Positions 51,876-64,000 of a stretch of 64,000 nt of DNA are shown piece after piece. The stretch is from positions 137,088,058 through 137,152,057 of the forward strand of contig NC_092372.1 in NCBI RefSeq assembly GCF_030028105.1, read 5' to 3'. The notes under the pieces were generated by a model that was given only the letters and a program-made list of their open reading frames with translations, searched no databases and had not been told where the DNA came from. Within the stretch, counting starts at the first letter, position 1; every line of letters begins with the position of its first letter. Position numbers and translations under genes: made by a program. The stretch is from Mobula birostris (lineage: Eukaryota).

Positions 51876-53214
51876 GTACAGTTTGTGTGTTTTGAGAAAT
51901 ATTATCTTTGCTTTGGGAGCTTTTCCCCTATTATAGTAAGACCTAATAAATAATATGGCATTAGACATATGTATTGTAGAACTTGACTTTCTGCTAAATT
52001 AACATTTAGATTTAAGTACAAAATTCATTATTGCATTAATTATATCATTAGTAAATGTATAAAGGTGGCATTTTCATAGACAATGTGCTATTATTAAAAT
52101 ACGGATAATACATTATATTATATGTCAAAACAATGTAAAAAGATGAGAATAATTTAAATGGAAACTATGAAATAAGTAGCATGGCCATGTATAAAAAATG
52201 TTATCAAATTTCCTGAATGGACAGTCTCAAGAAAATTGCACTGATAATTATTTTGTAATCTTTATGAAGTATTGAGCTGTCTATTGATCTAAAATACATT
52301 ATTTTCACTGGGTTATTTTCATTGAGGTGCCTCACACAGCTTCTGATCATGCTTGTGAGAAGCAGGAGCACATTCTGACCAATGCTTGAAGGTTTCATTT
52401 AGCATTTGAGTGTTCAGCAAGTTTTCAATTACAGTTACTAGAATTACATGCACTATCATGTTAGCTATATTTGTAATCAACCTATCTTTGCATTGCCTTC
52501 AAAGAGACCGATAAGACATATATGGCACTGCCCTCCATTGGCAGAATTTCAGTGAATTTATTCCAGATTAAAAGTGACAATCCAATTTAGATTTGTGTGT
52601 CAATATACAGAAAAGCAAAAGGAGCAAGGTTCTTGATTAATCAACATAGCTTTCTAAATTTAATTGGCTAGTTTTTCATGGATGTGCATTTATTCAATTT
52701 GTCACCTAAACACAAATTTTTAAGAAAATGCAAATTGGAACATAAAAATTTAGCACTGAATATGTTTCTTTTGTTGCTGTGATGATTAACAAATTGAAAG
52801 AAGTTTGGAAAGCAGCAAACAAAATCAACTAATGTTTGACATTGCCCCATTTTGAAAATCAGTTAAACATTCCATAGGTATTTGGTTACAAGCTAGACTT
52901 AGTTACTGGAAGTATTATCTGAAAAATATGTTTTTGTAGTTCTAAAAAGACACACATGTTGAGCAGAACAGACATTTTTATGGATTTGATTCATGGCAAA
53001 TTTTAAAAAATGCTCTTGGCTTGATTTCATGGATAGAGAAGATGTTTAAGCTTTGAAACAGTATAATCTAATACCAAAAAATTTAAAAAAGAGTGAGAAT
53101 TTTCAAGTAAAGCAGAATTTTAAAAGGCTGATGGGGTGGGGTGATTATGAGCATCTTATTTGAGTTTTAAAAATCAATTGTATGAAAAAAATAATTTGTT
53201 TTTTTTAAATGTAG

Positions 53215-53663
53215 ATCAATCTCAAGTTGGTTGTCGTGAGCTCAGATCAACCAAATACATTTCTGATGGTCTGTGCACAAGTATCAATCCAGTGAAGGAG
53301 TTAGTGTGTGCAGGAGAGTGCTTACCTATGCCAGTGCTTCCTAACTGGATTGGAGGTTATGGCAGAAAATACTGGAGTAGAAGGAACACACAAGAGTGGC
53401 GCTGTGTGACTGACAAGACTCGCACCGAGAGAATTCAGCTCCAGTGCCAGAATGGAGGGACACGAACCTACAAAATCACTATAGTTACTTCTTGCAAGTG
53501 CAAGAGATACACACGACAGCACAATGCATCAAGCATTATCAACTTCGAGGCCACATTTCCAGCAAGCAAGAGAAGATCCAGAGGCAAAAAAAAATCCCGT
53601 AAGATTCACCAAGAGGAGATCAAACGTAAAAGAAATTGGCATGAATTGGAAGACAAACAGTGA
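53215..53663 (+). CDS. SOSTDC1: SOSTDC1 exon 2 (cystine knot; BMP/Wnt antagonist)
   Basis: gtag|AT acceptor; GCRELRSTKYISDG, ELVCAGEC, PNWIGG, CKCKRYTRQHN; spliced CDS 672 nt = 223 aa plus TGA. Confidence 0.97.
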
Positions 53664-54143
53664 TGTTTTTGCACCATGTGAACCATACTATATAAGAATG
53701 AACTCCCTATGTTGTTCAGCATACCATCAAACAAGTTTATTCCATATTTCCTAGGTATGATTAATTGATTAAAACAAGGATTAGTTTATAGTCCAGCAGG
53801 TAAGTATTATCCACCCAGACTCCTGAATGAAACATGTATGCTCAGGAATCTGGACACATTAATTAATGTTTTCAATACCATTCCTTACTCTGTACCTTCC
53901 ACTTAAAATTATAATAGCAGCACTTTGGATAATAATTAAGAAAACAAAAACATAATAAGACAGTGAAGAAAAATTAAGTTGTATGACTCAAATTCACAGA
54001 TTATTACTCCCAATAATTGAATAAACCATACTAGGAATTATAATTGTTTAAATTTGATCATCAAATTAATTAAAGCAATTTAAGCTATTCAGATAAATAC
54101 TGTTGGATGGATTTCTAACTAGCCCAGTGCTCCTCACATATTC

Positions 54144-54470
54144 ATCATCATTATTACGTGCTGTGTCGTATGATGTGGGTGATCATGGTCTTCTACAGAA
54201 GAGGTTTGCCATTGCCACCTTCTGGGCAGTGTCCTTACATGACGGGTGACCCCAGCCATTATCAATACTCTTCACAGATTGTCTGCCTGGCGTTAGTGGT
54301 CACACCAGCTGCACCACCTGCTCCACCTGTTCACATGACCCTTATCGGGGGCTGGGGGGCTATGCAGGTATTACACCTTGCCCGAGGGTGACCTGCAGCC
54401 TAGCAGAGGGAAGGTGTGCCTTACACCTCCTTTGGTAGAGACACATCCCCACCCCACCACCCAGCACATA
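54144..54470 (-). mobile_element. RTE-related non-autonomous element in the putative SOSTDC1 3' UTR
   Basis: (cat)n tail and gtttgccattgcc motif typical of RTE-associated repeats; family tentative. Confidence 0.5.
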
Positions 54471-55114
54471 TATTAAACACTCTCAAATCTTTCATGTATA
54501 CAACATTCATCTTTAGTGCAGAAACAGGAGGTTGCACAAGGGATGAAAGTAATCAAGTCAGGTCAATGATGATAATTCAACTCTTCAAATTCCCAGCAGA
54601 AACTTATACCCATTTCTGATCTATGTTTAGGAAATAAGGTTCATTTTACACAAAGCATGTCAAACTCCAATGATACTTCAACCTTTAAACCTTTAATGTT
54701 TATTTAGTATTCAAGGATGATACTGGTCAATTATCATATTAAATCGAATCAAGGGACAGAGACTTCAACAGTTAAACATGCATTGCTGTATATTTATTGT
54801 TTCTCAATGTGATTATTTAATAAATGATTGTTTTTGGTTCTAAAGAATTATTAAGGATACGTTTTATAATTTTCCCTTGTATCTGAATTTTCCAAGTCCA
54901 ATAGTAGCAAATTAGAATACATGTACAAGTATGTAGTTTGAATTTTGTACAGGTATTGGTTGTACGGTTTATCAGAGTAAACTCTACTTATCTTTGCTTA
55001 ATCAATCAATAAAATGGAAAGATCTTTACCTTCTACCGAACACACTTTTCTGATTTAAGTAGATGTTTTTTGTCGTTTAATGATTGATTCCCGACAACAT
55101 GTAGAAAACTTATT

Positions 55115-55120
55115 AATAAA
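55115..55120 (+). terminator. Candidate SOSTDC1 polyadenylation signal
   Basis: AATAAA followed by a T/GT-rich tract; another AATAAA at 55008-55013. Confidence 0.4.
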
Positions 55121-55409
55121 GTCACAGATTCTCTGTACTTTTTATTCGTGTATTTATTTGTTGTGTGTACTTGCTGTTGCTCATGGCATTTAAGATACTA
55201 AGAGGTGTAGACTAGACTGAACTTCATATTTCATCTTATGAAATCCCAAATTTCAATGGCATGATGGCAGTGCTGAACAAGGTTTTGTGAGGATCAATTA
55301 TATTTCCTATACTACACATTATCTTGGATGCACATGATAATCTGTTACCAATATTTAACATTAAATTCAAAAAGAAAAATACCAGAGATCTTACAGCTCC
55401 ACTCACACC

Positions 55410-56260
55410 TTGTCCTTAACAGTGTACTGTCGCTGCATTTGCCCTACCAAGGTGCAACAACACCTCACATTTAGCTGGGTTAAACTCCATTCGCCATTCC
55501 TCCGTCCATATCTGCAACTGATCTATACTGTGCTGTATTCTTTGCTAGTCTTCTACACTAACCACAACTCCAGTAATCTTGGTATCATCCACAAACTAAC
55601 GAATCCACCCATCTACATTTTCATTCAGGTCTTTTATATATGTCACCAACAGCAGAGGTCCAAGCACAGATCCCTGCACAACACCACTAATTATAGACTT
55701 CCAGCTCGAATAGGTCTCTTCGACCGCTACCCTCTGACTTCTATGCACACGACAGCTCTAATTCCAAGCAGCCAAGAGTGTCGTGGTATCCTTACTGTTC
55801 CACTCATAGCCTGCTTATGCCCGCTCTTGCTGCCAACTCCCTCTCCAATTACTGTCCCTCCATTGCTGCTCCACTCTCTGCTCTTTTCTCCACTCATTAT
55901 CCCACTGCTGGCCCACTGATTCTCACATTGCTGCTCAAGTCACTCCCTGTCAATGCATCATGTGCATCTCCACCAACTATACATCCATTGTTGCACTCTC
56001 TGCCTTCTTGTTGCAGTATTTACTGCCCTCCTGCAGCTCCCTAACAGTTTTTTTTCCACTCTCTTCTTGCTGCTCCACTCTTTGCATTCTAAATGGTCCA
56101 CATACTGTAAACATGCTGCTCCTGATTGAACTCACTTACTATTGAACTCACTGCTCGACTCACTGTCTCCTGGAGTTCCACTCACACCATTCTTCCTGCC
56201 ACGTTCATTGCTTGGCTGGTAGCTCCTGCAACCCCTGCCACCTCACTGTTACACATAATG
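55410..56260. repeat. CR1 fragment (-) followed by a degenerate CT-rich low-complexity repeat
   Basis: Antisense QGSVLG region at 55410-55770; recurring ..ctccactct../..ttgctgc.. units after 55780. Confidence 0.55.
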
Positions 56261-56369
56261 CTCTAAGATGCAGAGGAACTGAGAGTTCTTGTACATAATT
56301 TGCTTTTACATTTCCACTTATGAAAATACTCCATCGATATTTGAGGCTAAGGTTTTGGTTAGTTTATAT

Positions 56370-57700
56370 GAAGCTGGACATCTTCCTGACACTACACTCA
56401 CGTCTATGAACACCTGGATAACAAAGACACCTACATCAGATGTCTAATTAGCTTCACGTTCAATACCATAATTCTAAACAAATTCGTCTTCAAATTCCAA
56501 GACTTAGGACTCAGCACCTCCTCTGCAACTGGATCTTGACCTCTTGACTGAAAGACCACAATCAATAAGGACAGGCAACAGCACCTGTGTCACAATTATC
56601 AACAGTGGTGTCCTGCAAAGTGGCCAGATTCTCTCTCTACAAGTTTGCAGAATATACCACCATTGAGGGCCGAATCTCAAATAATGATGAGATAGAGTAA
56701 AGGAAGGAGATGGAGAGCCTAGTCATATGCTCTCAAAACAACATTTTCCTCAATGTCAGCAGAGCAAAAGCGTTAGCCATTGTCTTCCAGACAATGGGCA
56801 GAATACATTCCCCTGCCTGTATTAATGGTGCTGAGGAGGAGATGGTTGAGAACTTCAGGCCCATAACTATAATATCAATAGACAATAGGTGCAGGAGTAG
56901 GCCATTTGCCCCTTCGATCACATTCACTGTGAACATGGCTGATCATCCACAATCAGTACCCTGTTACTGCCTTCTCCCCATATCCCTTGACTCCACTATT
57001 TTTAAGAGCTCTATCTAACTCTTTCTTGAAAGCATCCAGAGAATTGGCCTCCACTGCCTTCTGAGGCAGAGCATTCCACAGATCCACAACTCTCTGGGTG
57101 AAAAAATTTTTCCTCAACTCCGTTCTAAATGGCCTACCCATTATTCTTAAACTGTGGCCTCTGGTCCTAGACTCCCCCAACATCGGGAACATGTTTCTTG
57201 CCTCTAGCATGTCCAATCCCTTAATAATCTTATATGTTTCAATCAGATCCCCTCTCATCCTTCTAAATTCCAGTGTATACAAGCTCAGTCGCTCCAATCT
57301 TTCAACATATAACAGTCCCGCCATCCTGGGAATTAACCTCGTGAACCTCTGCTGCACTTCCTCAATAGCAAGAACGTCATTCCTCAAATTTGGAGACCAA
57401 CAATTTTTTTCTGGTCCATCACCATAAATGCTGTGGTGAAGAAAGCTGATCACAGCCTGCTTCCTCCGGAGGCTAAGGAAATTTGGCATGTTCTTGATGA
57501 CTCTCACCAATTTGAACAAATGCACCATACACAGCATCCTATCTGGATACGTTACAATTTACTATGGCAACCGCTTTGCCAAGCATGGGAAGAAATTGTA
57601 GAGACTTGTGAATATAGCCTAGTCTATCATGAAAACCAGCTCCACCTGCACTGACTCTGTTTACACTTCCTGCTGTCTTGGGTAAGCAAGCAACATAATA
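56370..57700 (+). mobile_element. Rex1/Babar LINE with antisense CR1 3' end inserted at about 56878-57400
   Basis: LNVSRAK.. Rex motifs flanking RRMRGDLIETYKI..FFTQRVV (ORF 56953..57537). Confidence 0.8.
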
Positions 57701-57714
57701 AAATACCTCATCCA

Positions 57715-57817
57715 ACACACACAAAATGCTGCCTGGACTGCTATGTTCCACCAGTATTTTGCGTGTGTTGCTTGAATTTCCAGCATCTGCAGATTTTCTT
57801 GTGTTTGCGTTTTTAAG
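57715..57817 (+). mobile_element. Short Penelope tail with inverted 5' tip and 12-bp TSD
   Basis: atacctcatcca at 57703-14 and 57818-29. Confidence 0.75.
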
Positions 57818-58129
57818 ATACCTCATCCACCTGTTTGACACGTACCCATCCGCACCAGCTTCCGAAGTTTAGATGCTGTAACTCCACGGAGTACAGGATA
57901 GCTAGTGTGGCCCCTTTAAAGAGTCAGGACAGTCCCACTAATTGGCAATCATGTTTTGGGTGCCAAGTATTGAGGGCTTAAGAAGTACCTGAACTGAGGT
58001 TCAGTTCTCAATCATAAGCCCATTTGTGATTTTGTCTAGTGTCAGTTTTGCGCTCAGATTCTCGATCAAGTTTCAAACCATGTCTCAATCCTAGCCTCAG
58101 ACACTCCAGCATTTGGGTCCAAGCCATTG

Positions 58130-61112
58130 TCTCTTCTCCCAATTTTTATTGGGCAGAAGATGAAAACTCAGGCCACCAAGCTCCGGAATGATAGTGCTGA
58201 GGAAAGGGAATTAAGAAATAAATCAAAGGTAGCATGCAACAGAGATAATAGGAAGGACAGGCAAGAGATGAAGCATAACAACAGCCAGTGGGATGATTAC
58301 AACAGAAAGCAAAAAATACTGGTCTGAAAGTGCTATATTTGAATGCATGCAGCATAAGAAATAAAATGGACGATCTTGAAATTCAGGGACAGATTGGCAA
58401 GCATGATGTTATGGCCCTCTCTGAAACTTGTCTGCCATTGGGAGCTGAACGTCCAAGGATATGCGGTGTATCGGAAAGATAGTTTAGTAGGCAGAGGGGG
58501 AGGCGTGGCCCTGTGTATAAAAATAATATTAAATCATTAGGAAGGGATGACATAGGATCAAAAGTTGTAGTGTCTTTATGGGCTGAGTTAAGAAATGGCA
58601 AGGTTAAAAGGACACTAATGGTAGTTCTATACAAGCCTCCAAACAGCAGCCGGGATGTGGATTACAAATTACAGCAGGAGATAGAAAAGGCATGTCAGAA
58701 GGGCAATGCAATGATAATCATTGGGGATTTTAACATGAAAGTGGATTGGGAAAACTAGGCCAGGACTGGACCTCAAGAGAGAGAATTTGTAGAATGTCTA
58801 AGGGATGCCTTTTTCGAACAGCTTGTTGTTGAGCCCATTAGGGGGGTTCGGCTGTGCTGGATTGGGTGTTGTGCAATGACCTGGAGCTGATAAGAGAGCT
58901 TAGGGTTAAGGAAACCTGAGGAAACAATGACCACAATATGATCGAGTTCACTTTGAAATCTGAGAAGCAGAATTTAAATTCCAATGTGTAGGTATTTCAG
59001 TGGAATAAAGGAAATTACAATGGCATGAGAGGGGAAATGGCCAAAGATGACTGGAAAGGGACACTAGCAGGAAGGACAGCAAAGCAGCAATGGCTGGAAT
59101 TTCTGCAAAAAATGAGGGAAGTGCAAAACAGATATATTCCAAATAAGAAGAAATTTTTGAATGGAAGAAGAACACTACTGTGGCTGACAAGTGAAGTCAG
59201 AGCCAAAGTAAAAGCAAAAGAGAGGGCATACAAGGAAGCCAAAGCTAGTGGGGAAATATAAGCTTGGGAAGCTTTTAATAACTTGCAGAAGGAAACTAAG
59301 AAGGTCATTAGGAAGGAAAAGATGAATTATGAAAGGGAGCTGGTGACTAATATCAAAGAAGATACTAAAAAGTTTTTTTAATATATAAAGGGTAAAAGAG
59401 AGTTGAGGATAGATCTAGGACCAATAGAAAATGACGCTGGAGGTATTGTAATGAGAGATGCAGAGATGGCAGAAGAACTGAATGTGTATTTTGTATCAGT
59501 CTGCACAGTGGAAGACATCTGCAGTATACTGGACATTCAAGAATGTCGGGAAAGTGACGTAAGTGCAGCGAAAATTACAACTGAGAAAGTGCTCAGGAAA
59601 CTTAATGGTCTGAGGGTAGATAAATCTCCTGGACCTGGTGGAATGCACCCTTGGGTTGCTGAGGCATTAACAATGATCTTTCAAGAAGTTAAGAAGGGTG
59701 CGAGGCAGCAGAAAGGAAACTGTAGACCTGCTAGCCTGACATCAGTGGTTGGGAAGTTGTTGGAATCGATTGTTAGGGATGAGATTACGGAATACCTGGA
59801 GGCACATGACAAGACAGACCAAAGCCAGCATGGTTTCCTGAAAGGAAAATCCTGCCTGACTAACCTACTGCAAATTTTTGAAGAAATTACAAGCAGGGTA
59901 GACAAAGGAGATGCAGTAGATGTGGTGTACTTGGATTTTCAGAAGGCCTTTCACAAGGTGCCACAGATGAGGCTGCTTAGCAAGATAAGAGCCCATGGAA
60001 TTACAGGGAAGTTACTAGCATGAGTGGAGCATTGGCTGATCAGCAGAAAACAGAGAGTGGGAATAAGGGGATCCTATTCTGGCTGGCTGCCGGTTACCAG
60101 TGGAGTTTCACAGGGGTTGGTGTTGGGACCGATTATCTTATGAAGTATGTCAATGATTTGAACTTTGGAATTAATCGATTTGTGATTAATTTGCCAATGA
60201 TACAAACCTAGGTGGAGGAGCGGGTAGTTTTGAGGAAATAGAGTGCTTGCAGAGAGACTTAGATAGTTTAGGGGAATGGGCAAAGAAGTAGCAAATGAAA
60301 TACAATGTTGGAAAGTGTGTGGTCATGCACTTTGCTGGAGGAAATAAATGGGCAGACTATTATTTAGATAGGGAGAGCATTCAAGATGCAGAGATGCAAA
60401 GGGACTTGGGAGTCTTTGTGCAGGATACCCTAAAGGTTAACCTCCAGGTTGAGTCGGTGGTGCAGAAGGCAAATGTAATGTTGGCATTCATTTCTAGACA
60501 CATAGTATATAAGAGCAGGGATGTGGTGTTGAGGCTCTAAGGCACTCGTGAGACCACACTTGGAGTATTGTGTGCAATTTTGGGCTCCTTTACTGACATT
60601 GGAGATGGTTCAGAGAGGATTCACAAGAATGATTCCAGGAATGAAAGGGTTGCCATATGAGGAACGTCTGGCAGCTCTTGGGCTGTATTCCCTGGAGTTC
60701 AGGAGAATGAGAAGGTATCTCATAGAAACATTCCGAATGTTAAAATGCCTGAACAGATTCGATATAGCTAAGTTATTTCCCATGGTAGGGGAGTCTAGGA
60801 CAAGAGGGCAAGATTTCAGGATTTAAGGACGTCCATTTAGAACTGAGATGCGGAGAAATTACTTTAGTCAGAATGTGGTAAATTTGTGGAATCTGTTGCC
60901 ACGAGGGGCTGTGGAGGCCACATCACTGGTGTATTTAAGGCATTGATGGATAGGTTCTTGATTAGCCAGGGCATCAAAGGCTATGGGAAGAAGGCAGGGG
61001 AGTGGGGATGACCGGAGGAATTGGATCAGCCTATGATTGAATGGCAGAGCAGACTCCATGGGCCGAATGGCCTACTTCTGATCCTGTATCTTATGGTCTT
61101 ATGGTCTTATGA
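58130..61112 (+). mobile_element. CR1/HER1-like LINE, near-complete ORF2 (APE + RT), degraded
   Basis: LYLNACSIRNK, IIGDFN, DKSPGPGG, YLDFQKAF.KVP, RPHLEYC; (tatggtct)n tail. Confidence 0.9.
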
Positions 61113-61239
61113 CCCCAGAACTGCTTCTATCCCACTGTTATATGATTATTGATCTCACACTCTACCTTGTCATGGACCTTGCACTTTGTTTGCCAATCTC
61201 TACTGCACTTTCTCTATAATTGTAACTTTATGTACTTAA

Positions 61240-61800
61240 TTGGGGGACCAATTCATCCACCAAAAGTGGAAATTCCTGGTGGCCAAATATTTTAACTTCC
61301 ATTCCCATTCTCGTTCTGACATGTCGGTCTTGGCTTCCTCTTGTGCTAAGATGAGGCCACCCTCAGAGTGAAGGAGCAACACCTTATATTCCATCTGGGT
61401 AGCCTCCAACCTGATGGCATGAACATTGATTTCTCCCACCAGTAATTTATTTTCCTTCCCCCTCCCCTTTTTTCTATTCCCGACTCTGGCCTTTTATTTC
61501 TTCTCAGCTGCCTATCACTATGATCTGGGTCCCCTCCACCTTCCCTTTTTCCTATGGTCCACTTGCCTCTCCTATCAGATTCCTTCTTCTCCAGCCCTTT
61601 ACCTTTCCCACCCACCTGGCTTCACCTATCACTTTCCAGTTAGCCTCCTTTCCCTCCCCCAGCTTTTTATTCTGGCACTTTCACTCTTCCTGTACAATCC
61701 TGAAGATGGGACTCAACTCAAAATATCAACTGTTTATTCACTTCCATAGATGCTGCCTGGCCTGCAGAGTCCCTCCAGCATTTTGTGTGTGTTGCTCTAC
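61240..61800 (+). mobile_element. Penelope-like 3' end, degraded hammerhead
   Basis: EQHLIFHLGSLQPDGMN then pyrimidine-rich spacer and terminal repeat. Confidence 0.8.
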
Positions 61801-61959
61801 ATATTTGTTTATCCTTTTGAACTTCTTGATGAATTTGTGTTTGGAATTATCTGTCTGATTGGTATGCAAAACAATGCTTTTGATGTTATCTTGGTATATG
61901 TGGCTGTAATGATCTTCAGATGAGCAGACCCAGGTGCAGAGTAAACTCAGGACTCGATA

Positions 61960-62200
61960 GTAGAAACATAGAAATATAGAAAATAGGTGCAGGAGTAGGC
62001 CATTCGGCCCTTTGAGCCTGCACTGCCATTCAGTATGATCATGGTTGATCATCCAACTCAGAACCCTGTACCTGCCTTCTCACCATACCCCCTGATCCCT
62101 TTAGCCACAAGGGCCATATCTAACTCCCTCTTAAATATAGCCAATGAACTGGCCTCAAATGTTTCCTGTGGCAGAGAATTCCACAGATTCACCACTCTGA
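61960..62200 (-). mobile_element. CR1 3' end
   Basis: (tagaaa(c/t)a)n tail; VVNLWNSLP motif. Confidence 0.8.
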
Positions 62201-62649
62201 AATGAGAAATTAATGATAAAGATTTTGTTGGCATATAATACAAGGAATAATCAAACTTATAGCTCACTTACTCAGGACTTGAGCACACAGAATGGTAATT
62301 CACACAGAACTGGAATCGAGGACTCAGCGATGAGAGATGGATCAGGATACCTTAAATATAGCATAATACACAGGAAACCCATGTGGGCCGAAATAAAAAA
62401 ACGATTCACTTAAGAACGAGTTTATTAAATAGTATTCATTAAAATCCTATTGTAATCCATCCTCACTTTTATATATAAGTATACCTTGAGCTTGACGTAT
62501 TCTGCAAACTATGAAATTTAATTCCTGATATAATTTTTTTATATGAAGAGTGAAAGGGAGTGAGCCTACCCACAATCCTGGCAGTCAACCACATCACACC
62601 TTTTGTCATTTATCAACCACATCCACCTTTATCATTTTCATTGCCTAAG

Positions 62650-63530
62650 GGCAGGTTGCTGGGGCCTGATACATTAGTGGTTTTGGTAGACCAACCCCGG
62701 TTCTTGTAGAGAGGTGACTACCTTATCCAGAGTCTTCCTCACTACCTCCTGTGAGGGTACCTGTAGCTGCACACTACCTACATAGATGCTTACAGACACG
62801 GTGGGTCTAACTCTATCCCCTGTAGGTCTTAGGTAAGCATGCCGTGGCATAAAATGGGATTTTGGACATATAGTACTCCAGGGGGAGGCAGCGAAATGTG
62901 TACTGTCTACCCACTCAGGTAAAAGCAGAGTCCTGTGACTCTGGATTTAGGGGGATGGAGAAGGCGACATTGGCCAGGTCCGCTACCGCATAAAAATACT
63001 TCCCCTCCTTACCCCCTATATCCTCAACAAGGGTCACTACAGCCAGGACAGCTGCTACGAGGGGTGGTGCATAGTTATTCAACTCTCTATAATTGATGGT
63101 CATGGAGCACGTGCCATCCCCCTTCAGCACCAGCCAAATTGGACTATTGTTAAGCTTGTGCCCAGGCGTCTTTGGATAGGGCGCATACAATCATGATGGG
63201 TACAGTGTGGGATTTCCGGGAAAGGTGGGCTCCCCGGGAAATTGACTGTTTTATAGATAGTAATAATCATTTTTAATTTGAATCTGTTCACTTCCTTGTA
63301 AATACTTGATGTTTGTGTTTTGTGCATTTTTGTGTGAATAAACTTTTGTAGTTCTGTTAAAAAAAACCTAGAAGTTGCAGAGCAGATGACCTCATCCTGC
63401 AACAGGTCCTGTACAGTTTCCCCAATCTCCTGGTGGCCCCCTAGATCATATAGGCTTCTGCCTATTGTCTACCGGCACCTTGAGGTAATCAGCCATTGCT
63501 GTGGCACCAAATGGCAGCCAGTGGAGGTCC
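62650..63530 (-). mobile_element. Endogenous retrovirus pol (RT) fragment, class III (HERV-S/ERV-L-like)
   Basis: GGHQEIGETVQDL, NSPIW.V.K.DGT..MT.NYRELN..PPLVAAV, DLAN..FSIP..PESQ..AFT, GRQYTF motifs; interrupted at about 63200-63395. Confidence 0.75.
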
Positions 63531-64000
63531 TGTAATGCTTCCTAAAAGGGCCGATTCCTAGCTAGCACGGGGGAGCAGCTTTCAATAAGCAGGTAAAATT
63601 AACAGTTACTGCAACACTCCAACAAAGAGCTAACATGACAGATTAAACGCCCTCATTCTATGCACATGATTGTTTCCAATACTGCACTGATATTTATATG
63701 ATATGAATACTCTAATTGCACTTTACTTAAGAACATGGAAAAGTATTCTTGATGACATGAGGTTAAAAAAAGATTGATAGATTGTTCGTGAGTTTTAAAA
63801 AATAAATTACTTAAATGTCAAGAAGAAACACTTTATCAAATTAATTTTATTCTCCTTCACTTGTTTTCTTTACAGTTACAAAATGTGTACATTGTTACTT
63901 CCAACACATGCAAGGTGCAATGAAACACAAATAGAACAGAGGGGAGACTAGAACAAACCTTTACAAAAGAAATAACAAACAAATTCTTTGTTTGCAAAGA

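Noticed and set aside
55410-56145. Hydrophobic Pro/Leu-rich ORFs
   Set aside because: They derive from antisense CR1 and CT-rich low-complexity sequence.

Overview
Eukaryotic, AT-rich, retroelement-dense vertebrate DNA. The repeat content (abundant CR1/HER1-like LINEs, V-SINE/HE1-like SINE, Rex1/Babar LINEs, Penelope-like elements) points to a cartilaginous fish, probably a ray; this is inference. Two host genes are arranged head-to-head. LRRC72 is on the minus strand (ATG at 47093; seven exons read by eye splice in frame, plus a terminal exon at 3228-3336). SOSTDC1 is on the plus strand (two exons, 51653-53663, 223 aa). The rest is nested transposons: Rex1/Babar and CR1 LINEs, three Gypsy remnants, a Hero/R2-type REL-endonuclease retrotransposon, Tc1 elements, hAT and PIF/Harbinger non-autonomous elements, tRNA-derived SINEs and a class III (HERV-S/L-like) retroviral RT fragment. 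The most notable signal is a Penelope-like family whose terminal repeat carries an ultra-minimal type I hammerhead ribozyme (AGTC-CTGANGA-A-GGGTCTCGGCCC-GAAA-CG-TC-GACT), present about 12 times, often in inverted insertions with long target-site duplications (TSDs). Most ORFs in the supplied track are TE fragments or noise. TE boundaries are approximate unless a TSD or terminal inverted repeat (TIR) is quoted.
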